Below, piece by piece: positions 1-12,088 of a stretch of DNA of 63,946 bases. The notes beneath the pieces were generated by a model that had not been told where the DNA came from, ran no database searches, and saw only the letters and a program-made list of their open reading frames with translations. The DNA is from Octopus bimaculoides. Its lineage: Eukaryota. The stretch lies in NCBI RefSeq assembly GCF_001194135.2, contig NC_068995.1, forward strand, positions 44,087,205-44,151,150. Direction: 5' to 3'. The position numbers and the translations under genes are program-made. The first letter of the stretch is position 1, and each line of letters begins with the position of its first letter.

Positions 1-33
<33 letters not shown>

Positions 34-43
34 CATACATACA

Positions 44-74
<31 letters not shown>
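1..74. repeat. (TA)n+(TACA)n microsatellite
   Basis: Direct reading. Confidence 0.95.
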
Positions 75-76
<2 letters not shown>

Positions 77-509
77 TAAAAGTCAGGGTTCAATACGCAC
101 CTGTTTGCTGGAAAGAAGAGTTAAAACTCTCCAAAGCCACGCATCTCTCACTATATGTAAACACGCACGGAGGATGTACGAAATATACTAAAAAAACAGT
201 CACCCCCATTTGTAAAACTACAAAGAGGAGAGTAGATATTCCAGTATCAATTGATTTCGCTATCTGTGCCGAATAGCACTTAAAGCTCATGATCTAGGCT
301 TACTATGTAAACTATTTCTTAAAATATATTTACCATTCCGTGCGCGTCTTTTTATAAAATGTTTATTGTCTTCTTGACAAAGAAGTACCTTTATTATTCT
401 GGATTTACTACAATCATCTAATAGTAAATCAACGAATAGAAGCTTTTAAAATGATTAAAGATTAAACATTATGTATGCGTGTGTGTGTGTGTGCGTGGGG
501 GGAGCACGC

Positions 510-540
<31 letters not shown>

Positions 541-875
541 TGTGTGTGTGTGTGTGTGTACAGAAAGAGAGAAAATAATTTTTCTGAATAACAATAGTAC
601 AAGTGTCAATAAGCAGATTAAATACATGTGACATCTCATAAAGAGAGATGACAAATATTTAACACCAATAATCAATGAAATGTTAACACAATATAGAAAT
701 TAGTTCGTTCTACATTGGTCTATATCGATTTTATTGTTATCACACTTGTATATAATTTTTACGATTACAATACAATAAAACAGTGATAAATATTGAAATA
801 TGTAGTTTTAAAATATATGGAAAGAACATATTTGAAAATACCATGATACAAATGGAAATGCATTTTTCGAAATTG

Positions 876-877
<2 letters not shown>

Positions 878-949
<72 letters not shown>
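878..949. repeat. (AGT)n microsatellite
   Basis: Direct reading; source of the poly-Y ORF. Confidence 0.95.
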
Positions 950-1029
950 TCTTCACTTTGGCAATGAAATGTAAAAAGAAATATGTGGCTGGGTGGATTG
1001 ACTGTTATGTCAACGATTAAAGATCAATG

Positions 1030-1172
1030 ATAAAACTCAGTATTTGATTGTTAATTATTTTATTGACGCCCGATGGATGAACGGCGATCCACGGATTTGA
1101 ACTCAGAAAAATACCAAAGAATAATGAAATACCACACGACGTGCTAATCTAACAGCCGACCAAATCTGCCTA
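1030..1172 (-). mobile_element. SINE-A, decayed copy
   Basis: gatttgaactcaga (reverse B-box module) and other weak matches to the better copies at 30535 and 36410. Confidence 0.5.
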
Positions 1173-1220
1173 TCCAAACTCGTTTTAATAAAGAAAATAA
1201 TAATGGCTTCTGAATAAATC

Positions 1221-1420
1221 ACAAGACCAGTAATTTTGAGGGGAGGGGGTATCAGGTGATACCAGTGATCCCAGTACTTGACAGGTACTTTATATTATTG
1301 ACACTGGGAGAATAAACTGCAAAGTTTACTCCGGCGGGATTTGTACTCAGAATACCAGGAACCGGAACAAATTTCACAGAGCAATTTTTTAGATGCTCCA
1401 ACGATTCTGCAAGCTCAACG
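1221..1420 (-). mobile_element. SINE-A copy
   Basis: acaagaccag..gatcccagtacttgacaggtact..gatttgtactcaga..acgattctgc matches the family layout. Confidence 0.7.
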
Positions 1421-1439
1421 CATAAATATATGCTTCTGT

Positions 1440-1600
1440 TTTAGACACAAGGCCAGCAGTCTTGGTGTAGGGTGTTACCTGATTCCATCGACCCCAATAC
1501 TTGGCTAGTATCTTATCCTATTGACCCTGGAGGGATGATGGGTAAAGTTGATCTCGGCAAAATTTGAACCAAGAATGTAAAGAACCGAAAGAAATGCTGC
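1440..1600 (-). mobile_element. SINE-A copy, head replaced by compound microsatellite
   Basis: cacaaggccagca..atcgaccccaatact..aaagttgatctcggcaaaatttgaacc. Confidence 0.7.
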
Positions 1601-1602
1601 GA

Positions 1603-1700
1603 GGTGGTAGTGGTGGTGGTGGTGGTGGTGTTGTTGTTGGTGGTGGTGGTGGTGGTGGTCGTCGTCGTCGTCGTCGTCGTCGTCGTAGTCTTAGTAGTGG
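1603..1700. repeat. Compound (GGT)/(TGT)/(CGT)/(AGT) microsatellite
   Basis: Direct reading. Confidence 0.9.
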
Positions 1701-2137
1701 TTCTTTTATGCTTGCTAGTATCAGTAATTGGCTTAATTGGTTTGGTCGCCATAACAACGACATTATTATCCATTTCTGAGCCTCGAGAACGCTCAGCTTC
1801 GTAAAAGAGAATCCATTTTACATTCCCTCTGCAGCATTTCTTCTTTTATTCTTAACATTCTCAGTCTCTTGTTTTGTTATGTCGAATATCATTATAGAAC
1901 AGTTCGGCAGCAGTTTTTCCAGAAAAATTACGATTTTGTAGATTCCGGGAAAAGATATAGTGTCCATCTATTGGTATAGAAACAACTACACTCTAACAAA
2001 GTAAGCAGGTGCACACTTCTTGAGAAAGGGGGCGGAAATCAGGCAAACAGGGGCCAAAGACAGTGGAAAATGGTAAGTTTAAACAAAAAACATACAGAGC
2101 TGTATATCAGTATACCTTCTTGTTGCGTTGTAAATAT

Positions 2138-2138
<1 letters not shown>

Positions 2139-2221
<83 letters not shown>

Positions 2222-2290
2222 TCTGAACTAGGTGTACGGAAAACACTCGACGAGAAATGGAAGAAAATTTAAAGAAAGTAGAAAAACAAC

Positions 2291-2332
<42 letters not shown>

Positions 2333-2380
2333 GTAATGATGATGATGATGATGATCTTCATCATCATAATCATCATAATC

Positions 2381-2430
<50 letters not shown>
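2139..2430. repeat. (AAT)n arrays (with GAT/CAT variants) enclosing a 70-bp unique island at 2221-2290
   Basis: Direct reading. Confidence 0.9.
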
Positions 2431-2431
<1 letters not shown>

Positions 2432-2807
2432 GCAGGAGTAGCAAGATTATACCTACCTAGAGAGGAAAGCGGAAGAGGGTTAATATCAATAGACGATTGC
2501 CAGGAGTTAGCTAGAGTAGATATAGACGCCTATGTAGGTAATAGTGAAGAAAGTTTATTAAAAGCTGTTAGGGTCACAGCAAGACATAGGGAAACCAAAA
2601 ACCCAAACGAAGTTTAAAACCAGAAAAAAGAACAGAAATTATCTGACTGGCAGGAGAAGGCGTTCCACGGTAGATTCCCCAAAATAGTTGCAGCAAATAG
2701 TAGTAGTGAGACCAGATATGATTAGAGATTACAAAAGAAGAAAATAGTATAAGATCATAGACTTTGCAATACCACATGATAACAAAATGGATATCAAAGA
2801 CATTGGG
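2431..2807 (+). mobile_element. R4/Dong-clade (RLE) non-LTR retrotransposon fragment, internally deleted
   Basis: Translates ARLYLPREESGRGLISIDDC (RLYxPRxxGGRGL motif after the RT), then WQEKAFHGRF, then after a deletion RPDMI..IIDFAIPHD (restriction-like endonuclease PD..D motif). Confidence 0.8.
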
Positions 2808-2929
2808 AAAAAATTTGAGCTTAGAATACATTACTAATAAATATATTTGATAGACGACCGCTTCTGTAGTTAAAAAGAAGGTTCAAATTGAAAATGAAAA
2901 GGTTAGCAAGATCAGATTTTCCCATAAGT

Positions 2930-5900
2930 ATGAAAATATAATTTGCTGTGAAATTAAGGCGTAAGTTTTCTCCTGTTTTCTTTGAGAGTCAACAACTTTT
3001 GGCCGATGAGAATTTGCGGTCTCGCTCTAACTTAATGATTTGTCTAATGTATTCTTTTGTGTATCTCACTAAGTATACTGCCACCTACTAGAATTTTCTA
3101 AAATTACGCCGTTGGCTCTCTTGAGTGCGTTCCCTCGGGTCACTTTTTGTTGGTTTTTGTTTGTTTTTTCTAGATTGGGGTTAGATGTTTAAGTTGGAGA
3201 AAGAAAGGGGAGGACGGAGAAAGTTGGTAAAAAAAAACAGTAAAACTGAAAAATCTAATTAAGTGAAAATATTAAAAGCCAAAGGCTTAAATTCTAATAA
3301 TAGAAAATTAATAAATAAAAACAGCAAATAAACTAAAATCTGGAAACTTAATTGAAAATGAAACTACAAATATCATGGGAAAAGTATGAAATAAATAATG
3401 GTGGTTGTTAGCTTACCGCCTTAGTGAGTATGGTCAAAGGACATAGAGGTAGGTAAAATGGTTGTATGCAAAGAAAAAAAAAGCATCGCGCTGTCTTCCA
3501 CAGAAAAATAGAAGAATTTTTTAAAACATTAAGATCTAGAAATATAGACATCCAAAATGTAGGGATTGAATATGGTAACATTGAACGCGCCAAATTGTTC
3601 GGATTCAGAACTTCGACAACTATTTGTATAGATCTTTGTTTCAAATCACATTTAAATAAAGGTATAATCCTTCATAAGAAATATCTTGAGAAAAGGAAAA
3701 CCAGGAAACAGGCAAAAATATTGCTAAAACTGTTAGAATTCTATACATTCATACAAATATCGGAAAATAGTACAATCATGTAGTAGACAGTTTCTTGTGT
3801 TGCTCTTGTTGTTTGTTTTTCCGTCACTTAGAAATCGTTGATGCTAGGTTGAGAAAAAACGGTAAATGCCAAGGTTCTTTTCAGAATTTTTAAGACTAGT
3901 TGGTCGAAGGAAGGAAGCGTTTTACATACCAGAGAAATATTTAGAATAGAGATGATTCAATCACTGAGTGCAACCAAAGATCAAGTAGAGGTGTTAAACC
4001 ACGGTACCCCAAAACAGGTAGGGGAGCTAAATTGCTGTATCAAAGAACCAAACAGAGGTGTTATACCACGACAGCCAAGGACCAGATCACGGAGTTAAAC
4101 TGCAGCTTCTATAGATCAGGTACAAGTATCAAACCATGAAAATCAAGCACAATGAGGATGAGCCAAGCCGTGACACCCATGGACTAAGTGAAGGGGTTAA
4201 ACTGCGGCACCCAGTGATCGGATAGTGGTGTGAAACTGCAGCATCCATGGACCAGGTGGAGGTGTTAAACTACGATAGTCGAGGATCAGGTGAAGGTGCG
4301 AAACGGGTAAACAGATAAAGATGAAAACCACTAGAGCGAAATAAACACCAATGCACAGAGCTGATCTCGGTCGTGTATTGAAAGCATATAATAAAAAGAT
4401 TTGTGAAATAACATTGAAAGCATAAGATGAAAAGGAAAGAAAACCCACTATGCCATTGTATGAATGACAAAGGAATTGGAATAACAAAAGATTCCTGTTA
4501 ATGAATATTGATTACATATTTTGAAAGTCTTACAGATGGCAAAGGAATTCTTTAGACAGAATAATGATTTAAAAAGTCATAGAGAAATAAGGAAGCATTA
4601 CCGTAAAAGATTACCATCATAAAGGTTACATGAGAACTGACAATGACCTGTAGAAGGGAGAAGAGTTAATGATAACCTTGGAAAATAACGTGACTTTTAC
4701 TAATTATGTTATATTATGGAGTTTGTAGCTGACGTATAAATACGATTTATTGAATATAAATTATAGTAAAAAAAGAATAATAGAAACAATCGCCACAGCA
4801 AAATTACTGAATTGATAAGTAAAAATAACTAGAATATATGAAAGGAAATCTTTGTTTTATTTGTTTCTACGAGAACAACGAAAACAAAATGCATAAACTA
4901 TCGGAAAGGAAATAAAGAATAAGATAAAAGGATCCTAATAAAAGAAATAAAATGAAAATGGACGCAGGCGGACAAAATGAGTAAATAGTTAGTGTAGATC
5001 AAACGATCTAAAGAATGTTTAGAAACAATAGAAGACTAATCTATCAACAACTTAACTGAATAAAAGAAAGACAATAAATGAAGTGAGAAATGCGGTTGAG
5101 TAAACACTATTGATTAAGCATTGGAAATAAGAAACAGAGATAGAATGGCGACTTAAGAGTTAACAACGAGAATATTATTATCAAAGCACAACAAAGCAGG
5201 TTCACATACATTTGCTATTACGAAAACACAAGAAACGCACAAATTACTAATTTCGGGTTTGTGTTGGTTTCAAAACCTGCTGACTCACCTTTATGACAAG
5301 ATATATTATCTACAGGTGTTGCTATAAACATGCTCACTCGCTAGTTAAGAAACTGAGCCATTGTGTCGGGCAAAAGGAGGAACGGTTTTATGTTGAGATA
5401 TAAGACAAAGAGAAGTGGATTTAATAACTAGAGTTCTAGTCACATGTTTATTGCCAGAGAACTTCCTGAAAGGGCCGGCAGATATTGGGATACCTTTGTT
5501 CATACTTTAGGTGTTAACAAACTTTCGCAAGTGTTTCGACCTTTAACTCCTCACACTCTAAGAGGAACAGTCTCATCCAGATCACTATTCCTGGATGCTC
5601 CTCTGCTGCAACATTTTATGCAACTGTTTGCATTTTAACCAGCACATTCTTGAGTAGTCAAGGTGCACCAACACCGAGATACCATTAGATAGCGTGACTA
5701 CTTTCATAATAAATACGTACGCCCTAAAGAAATGGCACAAACTGCCGACCGTATATAGGCAAACGGGTATCTCACGAGGTGAAAAATAGAATCACTAACC
5801 TTGCAATGTTACTAACAGACACAGGAAACGTTTTCCCACTCTTGAATACTAGAGTACCTAGTTATCTTATACATTATCCTTGATGGCAAAGGAAATTTTA
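2930..5900 (+). mobile_element. Possible very old L1/Tx1-like LINE remnant
   Basis: Strongly A-rich plus strand and only faint motifs (GRRKEAFYI near 3903, KDPNKRN near 4927). Could not be aligned by eye. Confidence 0.2.
3979..4307. repeat. Diverged 34-bp minisatellite, ~10 units (consensus ~GAYCAGGTRGAGGTGTTAAACTRCRGCA..)
   Basis: Unit starts at 3979, 4013, 4080, 4114, 4182, 4216, 4250 and 4284. Confidence 0.8.
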
Positions 5901-6089
5901 TATGATTTACTATTGAAAAATACAACGAAATAGAGATCAAAAGAATTGTTATATATATTCCCCATCATATTTCCTGCTATTTTTCTAACGGTGGTGGTGG
6001 TGGTAGTGATGCAACTGCTGCTGCTGCTGCTGGACTTAGTGGTGGTGGTCGTCGTCGTAGTAGTGGTCGTTGTCGTGGGGGATCCCCAT

Positions 6090-6260
6090 CGTGCGACGAG
6101 TGGGACTCAGAATTACCTACACCCGCATTAACGTGTAAGTGGCTGAGTGTTCCAAAGAATCACAACATAATTCTCATTCGACTAAAAATTCTTCGAGACG
6201 GTGCCCCAGCATGACCACAGTCTAATGACTGAAGCAAGTAAAAGTTAAACGATAAAAGAT
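6090..6260 (+). mobile_element. SINE fragment ending in the SINE-B-type 3' tail
   Basis: ttcgactaaaaattcttcgagacggtgccccagcatgaccacagtctaatgactgaagcaagtaaaag. Confidence 0.7.
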
Positions 6261-6606
6261 ACGAGTATTTGCGTATATGTGCGTATATGTATGTGTATAT
6301 ATATATATATATATATATAGATAGATAGATATATATATACATATATATATACATATATATATACNNNNNNNNNNNNNNNNNNNNNNNNNNNNNNNNNNNN
6401 NNNNNNNNNNNNNNNNNNNNNNNNNNNNNNNNNNNNNNNNNNNNNNNNNNNNNNNNNNNNNNNNNNNNNNNNNNNNNNNNNNNNNNNNNNNNNNNNNNNN
6501 NNNNNNNNNNNNNNNNNNNNNNNNNNNNNNNNNNNNNNNNNNNNNNNNNNNNNNNNNNNNNNNNNNNNNNNNNNNNNNNNNNNNNNNNNNNNNNNNNNNN
6601 NNNNNN

Positions 6607-6686
<80 letters not shown>

Positions 6687-7409
6687 ACGCGTAAGCACGT
6701 ATAAACGTGTATGCAGAGAGATCTACCTTCTTAAGTGTTATCTGTGATTTTCAATTTGAAGTTATTTAACTCTGCATGTGAAGCCACTTTGAGAAACGAG
6801 AAAACGGAGAAAAGAAAAAGCAAGCAAAAAAACAAAACAAAATAAAATAGAGAGTGAAGCAACAACTGAGTTAGGTTGCACGAGATAAGCAGTAAACAGA
6901 GCGGCGCCATCTGTTGAGACGTTTGGCATACAGAACACAATGACAGCAAATAGTTGGGGACTCGTCTGGCATCTAATTAGCAGATAACTAGAGAAATATT
7001 TTAACGAAAAATGTTTGAAGAGGATAAAACTGAACTCTAAGTTAGTGAGAGAACGTTTTGATTGACAACCGAGTAGAATTTTCATACAATGATAATAAAA
7101 CGAAGGGAAATCACAATAAAAATAAAGCATTTCTAACAACATATAATAAACTCGAGATGACACTTAACGGTTCTAGTTAGTAGATGAAATACCTTCCCCC
7201 TCTCTCTATCTCTCTCTCTCTCTCTCTCACTCACTCTCTCCGCTCTCATATATATATATATATATATAGTTGAAAAATATCGTTATACCATAAACAATTA
7301 TAGAATAATGGATGAGAAAAAGATGTTGCATCAAAATTAGATTTAATACAAAATAGGATTCAATACATACGCGCGTTTCAAAGGATAATACAGATATGTA
7401 GAGTCTGTG

Positions 7410-7515
7410 TTTGTCTCCCCACCATCGTTTCACAACTGATGTTGGTATGTTTATGTCCGATAGTATAAGTACTAGACTTGCAAAAGAATAAGTCCTGGTG
7501 TCGATATTTTCACTA
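7410..7515 (+). mobile_element. SINE-B 3' module, internally deleted
   Basis: ccaccatcgtttcacaactgatgttggtatgtttatgtc..gatagtataagtactagacttgcaaaagaataagtcctgg. Confidence 0.7.
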
Positions 7516-8094
7516 TTCTCAGTGCTTTTTCAACTTTTCTACTCGTGTAGAATAAAATAAGTTTGTTTATATATATATATATTATCAAAGAATGTAGGGA
7601 ATAAGGCATATCAAAAGATAAATAAAAACTACATGTGTTTCAAAGCTAAATTTCATGCATTTTAAATAATTTATAACACATAGAAAAACGGTTTATCTAA
7701 GCCTCAGGTCCAGTTACCTACGGTTGTTTACATCGTCGTACAGAGAAGGGGAAATGAGTCACTAATTTATTCACAGTAAACTGGTACGTGAAAAACGCTA
7801 CTTAGCTTAATTGTAATTAGACTAGCAGCGCCAGAGGGGAAAAACGGTGGGCGAGGCGTTCTATATGTATCGATTTCAATATATAGGACGAAGGGTATAA
7901 CACACTTATTATTAAATTTTCTTTATCGTATATTATGTGCACGTTTTCATAAATACAATTTGTGTACATGCTTGATGCTTACTAACTTCCTGTACCAGGG
8001 TGTTTTCGGATCGCACTACCCTATAACTATACACACACACATGCACACACTGACACACAAACACAAACACACACTCTCTTTCTCTCTTTCTCTC

Positions 8095-8170
<76 letters not shown>

Positions 8171-8252
8171 GCGCAGGCGTGGCTGTGTTGTAAGTAGTTT
8201 GCTTACCAACCACGTGGTTCCAGGCAAGTGTCTTCTACTATAGCCTCGGGCG
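8171..8252 (+). mobile_element. SINE-B 5' head, internally deleted
   Basis: gcgcaggcgtggctgtgttgtaagtagtttgcttaccaaccacgtggttc joined to caggcaagtgtcttctactatagcctcggg. Confidence 0.8.
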
Positions 8253-8389
8253 TGTATGTTCTTTATCTACATCCATAATTTTTAATAACAGAGTTCATTT
8301 TCTTCCTTGCAGTTTATTTCATATACATACGACAGAAAAAAATATTATAACGTGGCTAAACCACTTTGTGCTTTTTTGCTTAATGCAAG

Positions 8390-8430
8390 TGAATACACAT
8401 TTCAGCTTCTTTTAGGCTTCATCAGAGCAA
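8390..8430 (-). ncRNA. Decayed hammerhead-like motif
   Basis: Reverse strand reads CTGATGA agc(ctaaaagaa)gct GAAA tgtg TA. tgtg could be CpG-decayed cgcg. Stem I does not pair. Confidence 0.3.
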
Positions 8431-10716
8431 ATTCCATTTTTAAACAGGTTTCAAAATTATATCAGAATTGCAGTTATCATTTTATGGAAATAAGTGATGA
8501 CTGGCTGTTGTTTAGGAGACACTAAAGAAGAGATACGATGGCATTAAAAAGCATTTATAATCATGGTTAATATCTGTCCCTTTTGTTTCTATCAAAGCCA
8601 CTAATGATATGAAGATTTTGGATAATAGTTAATAGTGTTGGTGTTTAACATCAACGGCTCAGCATTCAAATAGTGTCTGATCGAATGATCTAGATGCTGA
8701 TACGGGTACAAGGGAAACAAATATAATTATGGGCCAGAGGTTTAAGATATACAGAGAGCTGTCAAAAACAGATTTTTAAATCCGCATCAATGTCCCCTAG
8801 TTAAGGGTACCTTTTTACAAATGTCAGGATGTATCCGGCCCTAGGTACCTGTACCATTCCGTATGGAGTACCGGAGAAATAATCCATGCATTGATAAAGA
8901 CTGATGTGAGATTTCTCACGTTCGGTAATGTATGTGTATATGTATATGTTTATACGTATGCATGAGTGTATATATATGTGCGTATATTTGTGTGTATGTG
9001 TTTGTATGTATACTTGTGTAGGTAAGCATGCATAAATGTATGTATAGATGTATATGCATGTATCTACGTGTGCGTCAATGTATGGTGTAAGTGTGTTTCT
9101 ATTTAAAGATATATTTACATTTTTTGTGCATAAACCGAGAAGTGAGAAAAATAAGAATGTAAAACAGGGAAAAACTAAGAGTGCAACTGTGTATATGTTT
9201 GTTTATACTTATACATGTGTGTGTCCATGTGTGTATTCGTGTATGTATATGTGTGTGGTGCAAGTGCATGTGTGTGTATGAATTTGCATGTGTGTGTGTG
9301 TGTGTAAAGATAGACAGAGAGGGAGACACGTGAAGATTTAGGCAGTTTGCGACAACTCAATAAAGATATTTGGTCTAATTTAATATGGCGCTGCTGTTGC
9401 TATCATGAATTTAATATACCTAACAGCTGTTTTGCTGCGTTTGTGATATTAGTGAGGAACTAAGTACGTATATTGCGGTTCTTTAATTTCGGTGAGTATT
9501 ATATATTAGATTAGTACCAGTATTGATTGCTTCTGTACCGAATAAAATGCAAGGTTCCAGTTTCTTGTGGATTTTTGATACAAAACCTGTTACTATTTTC
9601 TCTGCCAAGACTCTTCTCTAGTACCGCCCACCTACAAAATCTAAGAAACATTGAAGCATAACTGCCACTCCGATCCACCATCGCTTTTTTTCTTATTCAT
9701 CCTTATTTTATGCCGTTGTTGTTGTTGGAGGTGGTGGTGATGATGATGATGGTTACGATGATGATGGTGATGATNNNNNNNNNNNNNNNNNNNNNNNNNN
9801 NNNNNNNNNNNNNNNNNNNNNNNNNNNNNNNNNNNNNNNNNNNNNNNNNNNNNNNNNNNNNNNNNNNNNNNNNNNNNNNNNNNNNNNNNNNNNNNNNNNN
9901 NNNNNNNNNNNNNNNNNNNNNNNNNNNNNNNNNNNNNNNNNNNNNNNNNNNNNNNNNNNNNNNNNNNNNNNNNNNNNNNNNNNNNNNNNNNNNNNNNNNN
10001 NNNNNNNNNNNNNNNNNNNNNNNNNNNNNNNNNNNNNNNNNNNNNNNNNNNNNNNNNNNNNNNNNNNNNNNNNNNNNNNNNNNNNNNNNNNNNNNNNNNN
10101 NNNNNNNNNNNNNNNNNNNNNNNNNNNNNNNNNNNNNNNNNNNNNNNNNNNNNNNNNNNNNNNNNNNNNNNNNNNNNNNNNNNNNNNNNNNNNNNNNNNN
10201 NNNNNNNNNNNNNNNNNNNNNNNNNNNNNNNNNNNNNNNNNNNNNNNNNNNNNNNNNNNNNNNNNNNNNNNNNNNNNNNNNNNNNNNNNNNNNNNNNAGG
10301 AGGGGAGGAGGGAGGCTGAGAGGAGGGGAGGAGGGGAGGAGGAGGATGTTTATGTTATTGTTTTTGCTACAGTTAATATTGTCTTTTTATTTCAATTAAA
10401 TTGTTCATAACAGCTGACTAGTATACAAACGTATAAATATAGAGAGAGATACACATGCACACATACATACACCAGTCGACTACTGATATACGTATATACA
10501 CAAACACGCACACACACCCACACATATACACATACGCACAGATAAACAAAGAAAGCATACACATATATACGCGACAGTTAAAAATGCATATACTCACATA
10601 TACACAATCGCCCAACTACACGCTGAAAGACGCACACACACACACACATATACAGTGCATATATAATAGAGACATACAGACACACAGTATATATACTAGC
10701 AGGCAGGCGTTCATAG

Positions 10717-10812
<96 letters not shown>

Positions 10813-10823
10813 TCACGCATACT

Positions 10824-10892
10824 GTTTCAGTCATTTGAGTGAGGCCATGCTGCGACACTGCGTTTAGTCGAAGAAATCGACCCCAGGACTTC
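10824..10892 (-). mobile_element. SINE-B 3' tail
   Basis: gtttcagtcatttgagtgaggccatgctgcgacactgcgtttagtcgaagaaatcgaccccaggactt. Confidence 0.8.
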
Positions 10893-11784
10893 GTGATTGT
10901 TGTATTGTTTTTGTGTACCTTGTGTGTTAAATGCAAAATGTTTTTTTTTCTTAGAATCACCGGGGATTGTGGCCTGAATGATTTAATTCGTAAATAGCAC
11001 CAATGTTGTTCATCAAATTTTTATTTACTTTTTCCCAGTGTAGTTTTTTGGCATATTGCACCACTCACGAAGGGTTACAGCCGTCCTTTTGCCACCCCCA
11101 TCGCGTTAACCTTTATAGGTGTAAATATGAATATAAATATAATATAGTATGTGTGATAGGTAAGCGTTGGTTTCTTTTCAAATGGATTTGATGTTTAAGT
11201 AGCATTCTAACGTTAAGTATTGGCTAAACTTTAAACGATAAATTTCTAAGCACATGAGCTATGCATCTTTTAATGTAAGTTTTTTTTACATTTGAAAATA
11301 TCTAAATATTGTCCTCAAATAAGTCATTTCGTAACCCAAGACTAAAATAAACTTATTTTTCATGAAGAGTTCTAACAATATACAGATTATTGCATCTTAA
11401 ATATTGTCATATTGAAACATATATATGTAGGTAAAATATCTTGGGGTGGGGAGATATTTTTGGCATAGTCTGCTGGTCGAGGCGGTTCATTTTATACTCT
11501 TATAGGTATATTGACCCTCCATAAATCCTAAATTTTATTTTAGAATTCATGGGAGCAGCTGTCGTTGAATACTGGAAATGAAGAGTAAATAGACAGCCGA
11601 CAACTCATGGAGGGTCCTTTCTCTGAGCTTACTTGTCCTGTTTTCCATTTTTTTCTCGTACTTTCACGTACTTCCTTCGCTTTTCCCTCGTTTGTTTGCG
11701 TATTTCATGTTATTTGCACTGTTGGTGACGTCATGTACTCATATATGCATGTGTATATATAAATATACTTATATATATATATAT

Positions 11785-12088
11785 ATATACAAGAATAAGG
11801 GCAGGGAATCGTCTCTAAGTTAGATGGTTAAACCGTAATCCCTTCACACGGGACTTTTTTTCATACGGGACTATTTGTGACGCACATGGAATGGATTTCT
11901 TTTGAGGTGGGATGCCTGAACTCACTAGCCGATGAATTCGTAAGTGCCTTTTCTTCTCGTTGGTTTTTGGTGTCGCATGGCCAGAAATTACCGTGAATTT
12001 TTAGAGACACTTTCAAATTTATCAGAATATTGGGCTGAAGAGTCGGAATAGATTAATATCTTAACCGCGAAACGTTCGTATCCAATTA
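11785..12088 (+). mobile_element. Penelope-like terminal-repeat (pLTR) fragment between (TA)n and a gap
   Basis: Ends in a hammerhead motif. The PLE assignment is inferred from the established PLE-HHR association. Confidence 0.5.
12030..12085 (+). ncRNA. Type I hammerhead ribozyme motif
   Basis: ttggg-CTGAAGA-g(t)cgg..ccgc-GAAA-cg(tt)cg-TA-tccaa. All three stems pair, stem II has a bulged U, and the cleavage triplet is GUA. Confidence 0.75.

Noticed and set aside
3979-4307. CRISPR-like reading of the 34-bp periodic block
   Set aside because: The units are contiguous and diverged, with no constant repeat plus unique spacers and no cas genes, in a eukaryotic context.
11574-11625. Possible permuted hammerhead (gGAAAtg..caaCTCATGG)
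   Set aside because: The core is too mutated and the stems cannot be demonstrated from this copy alone.
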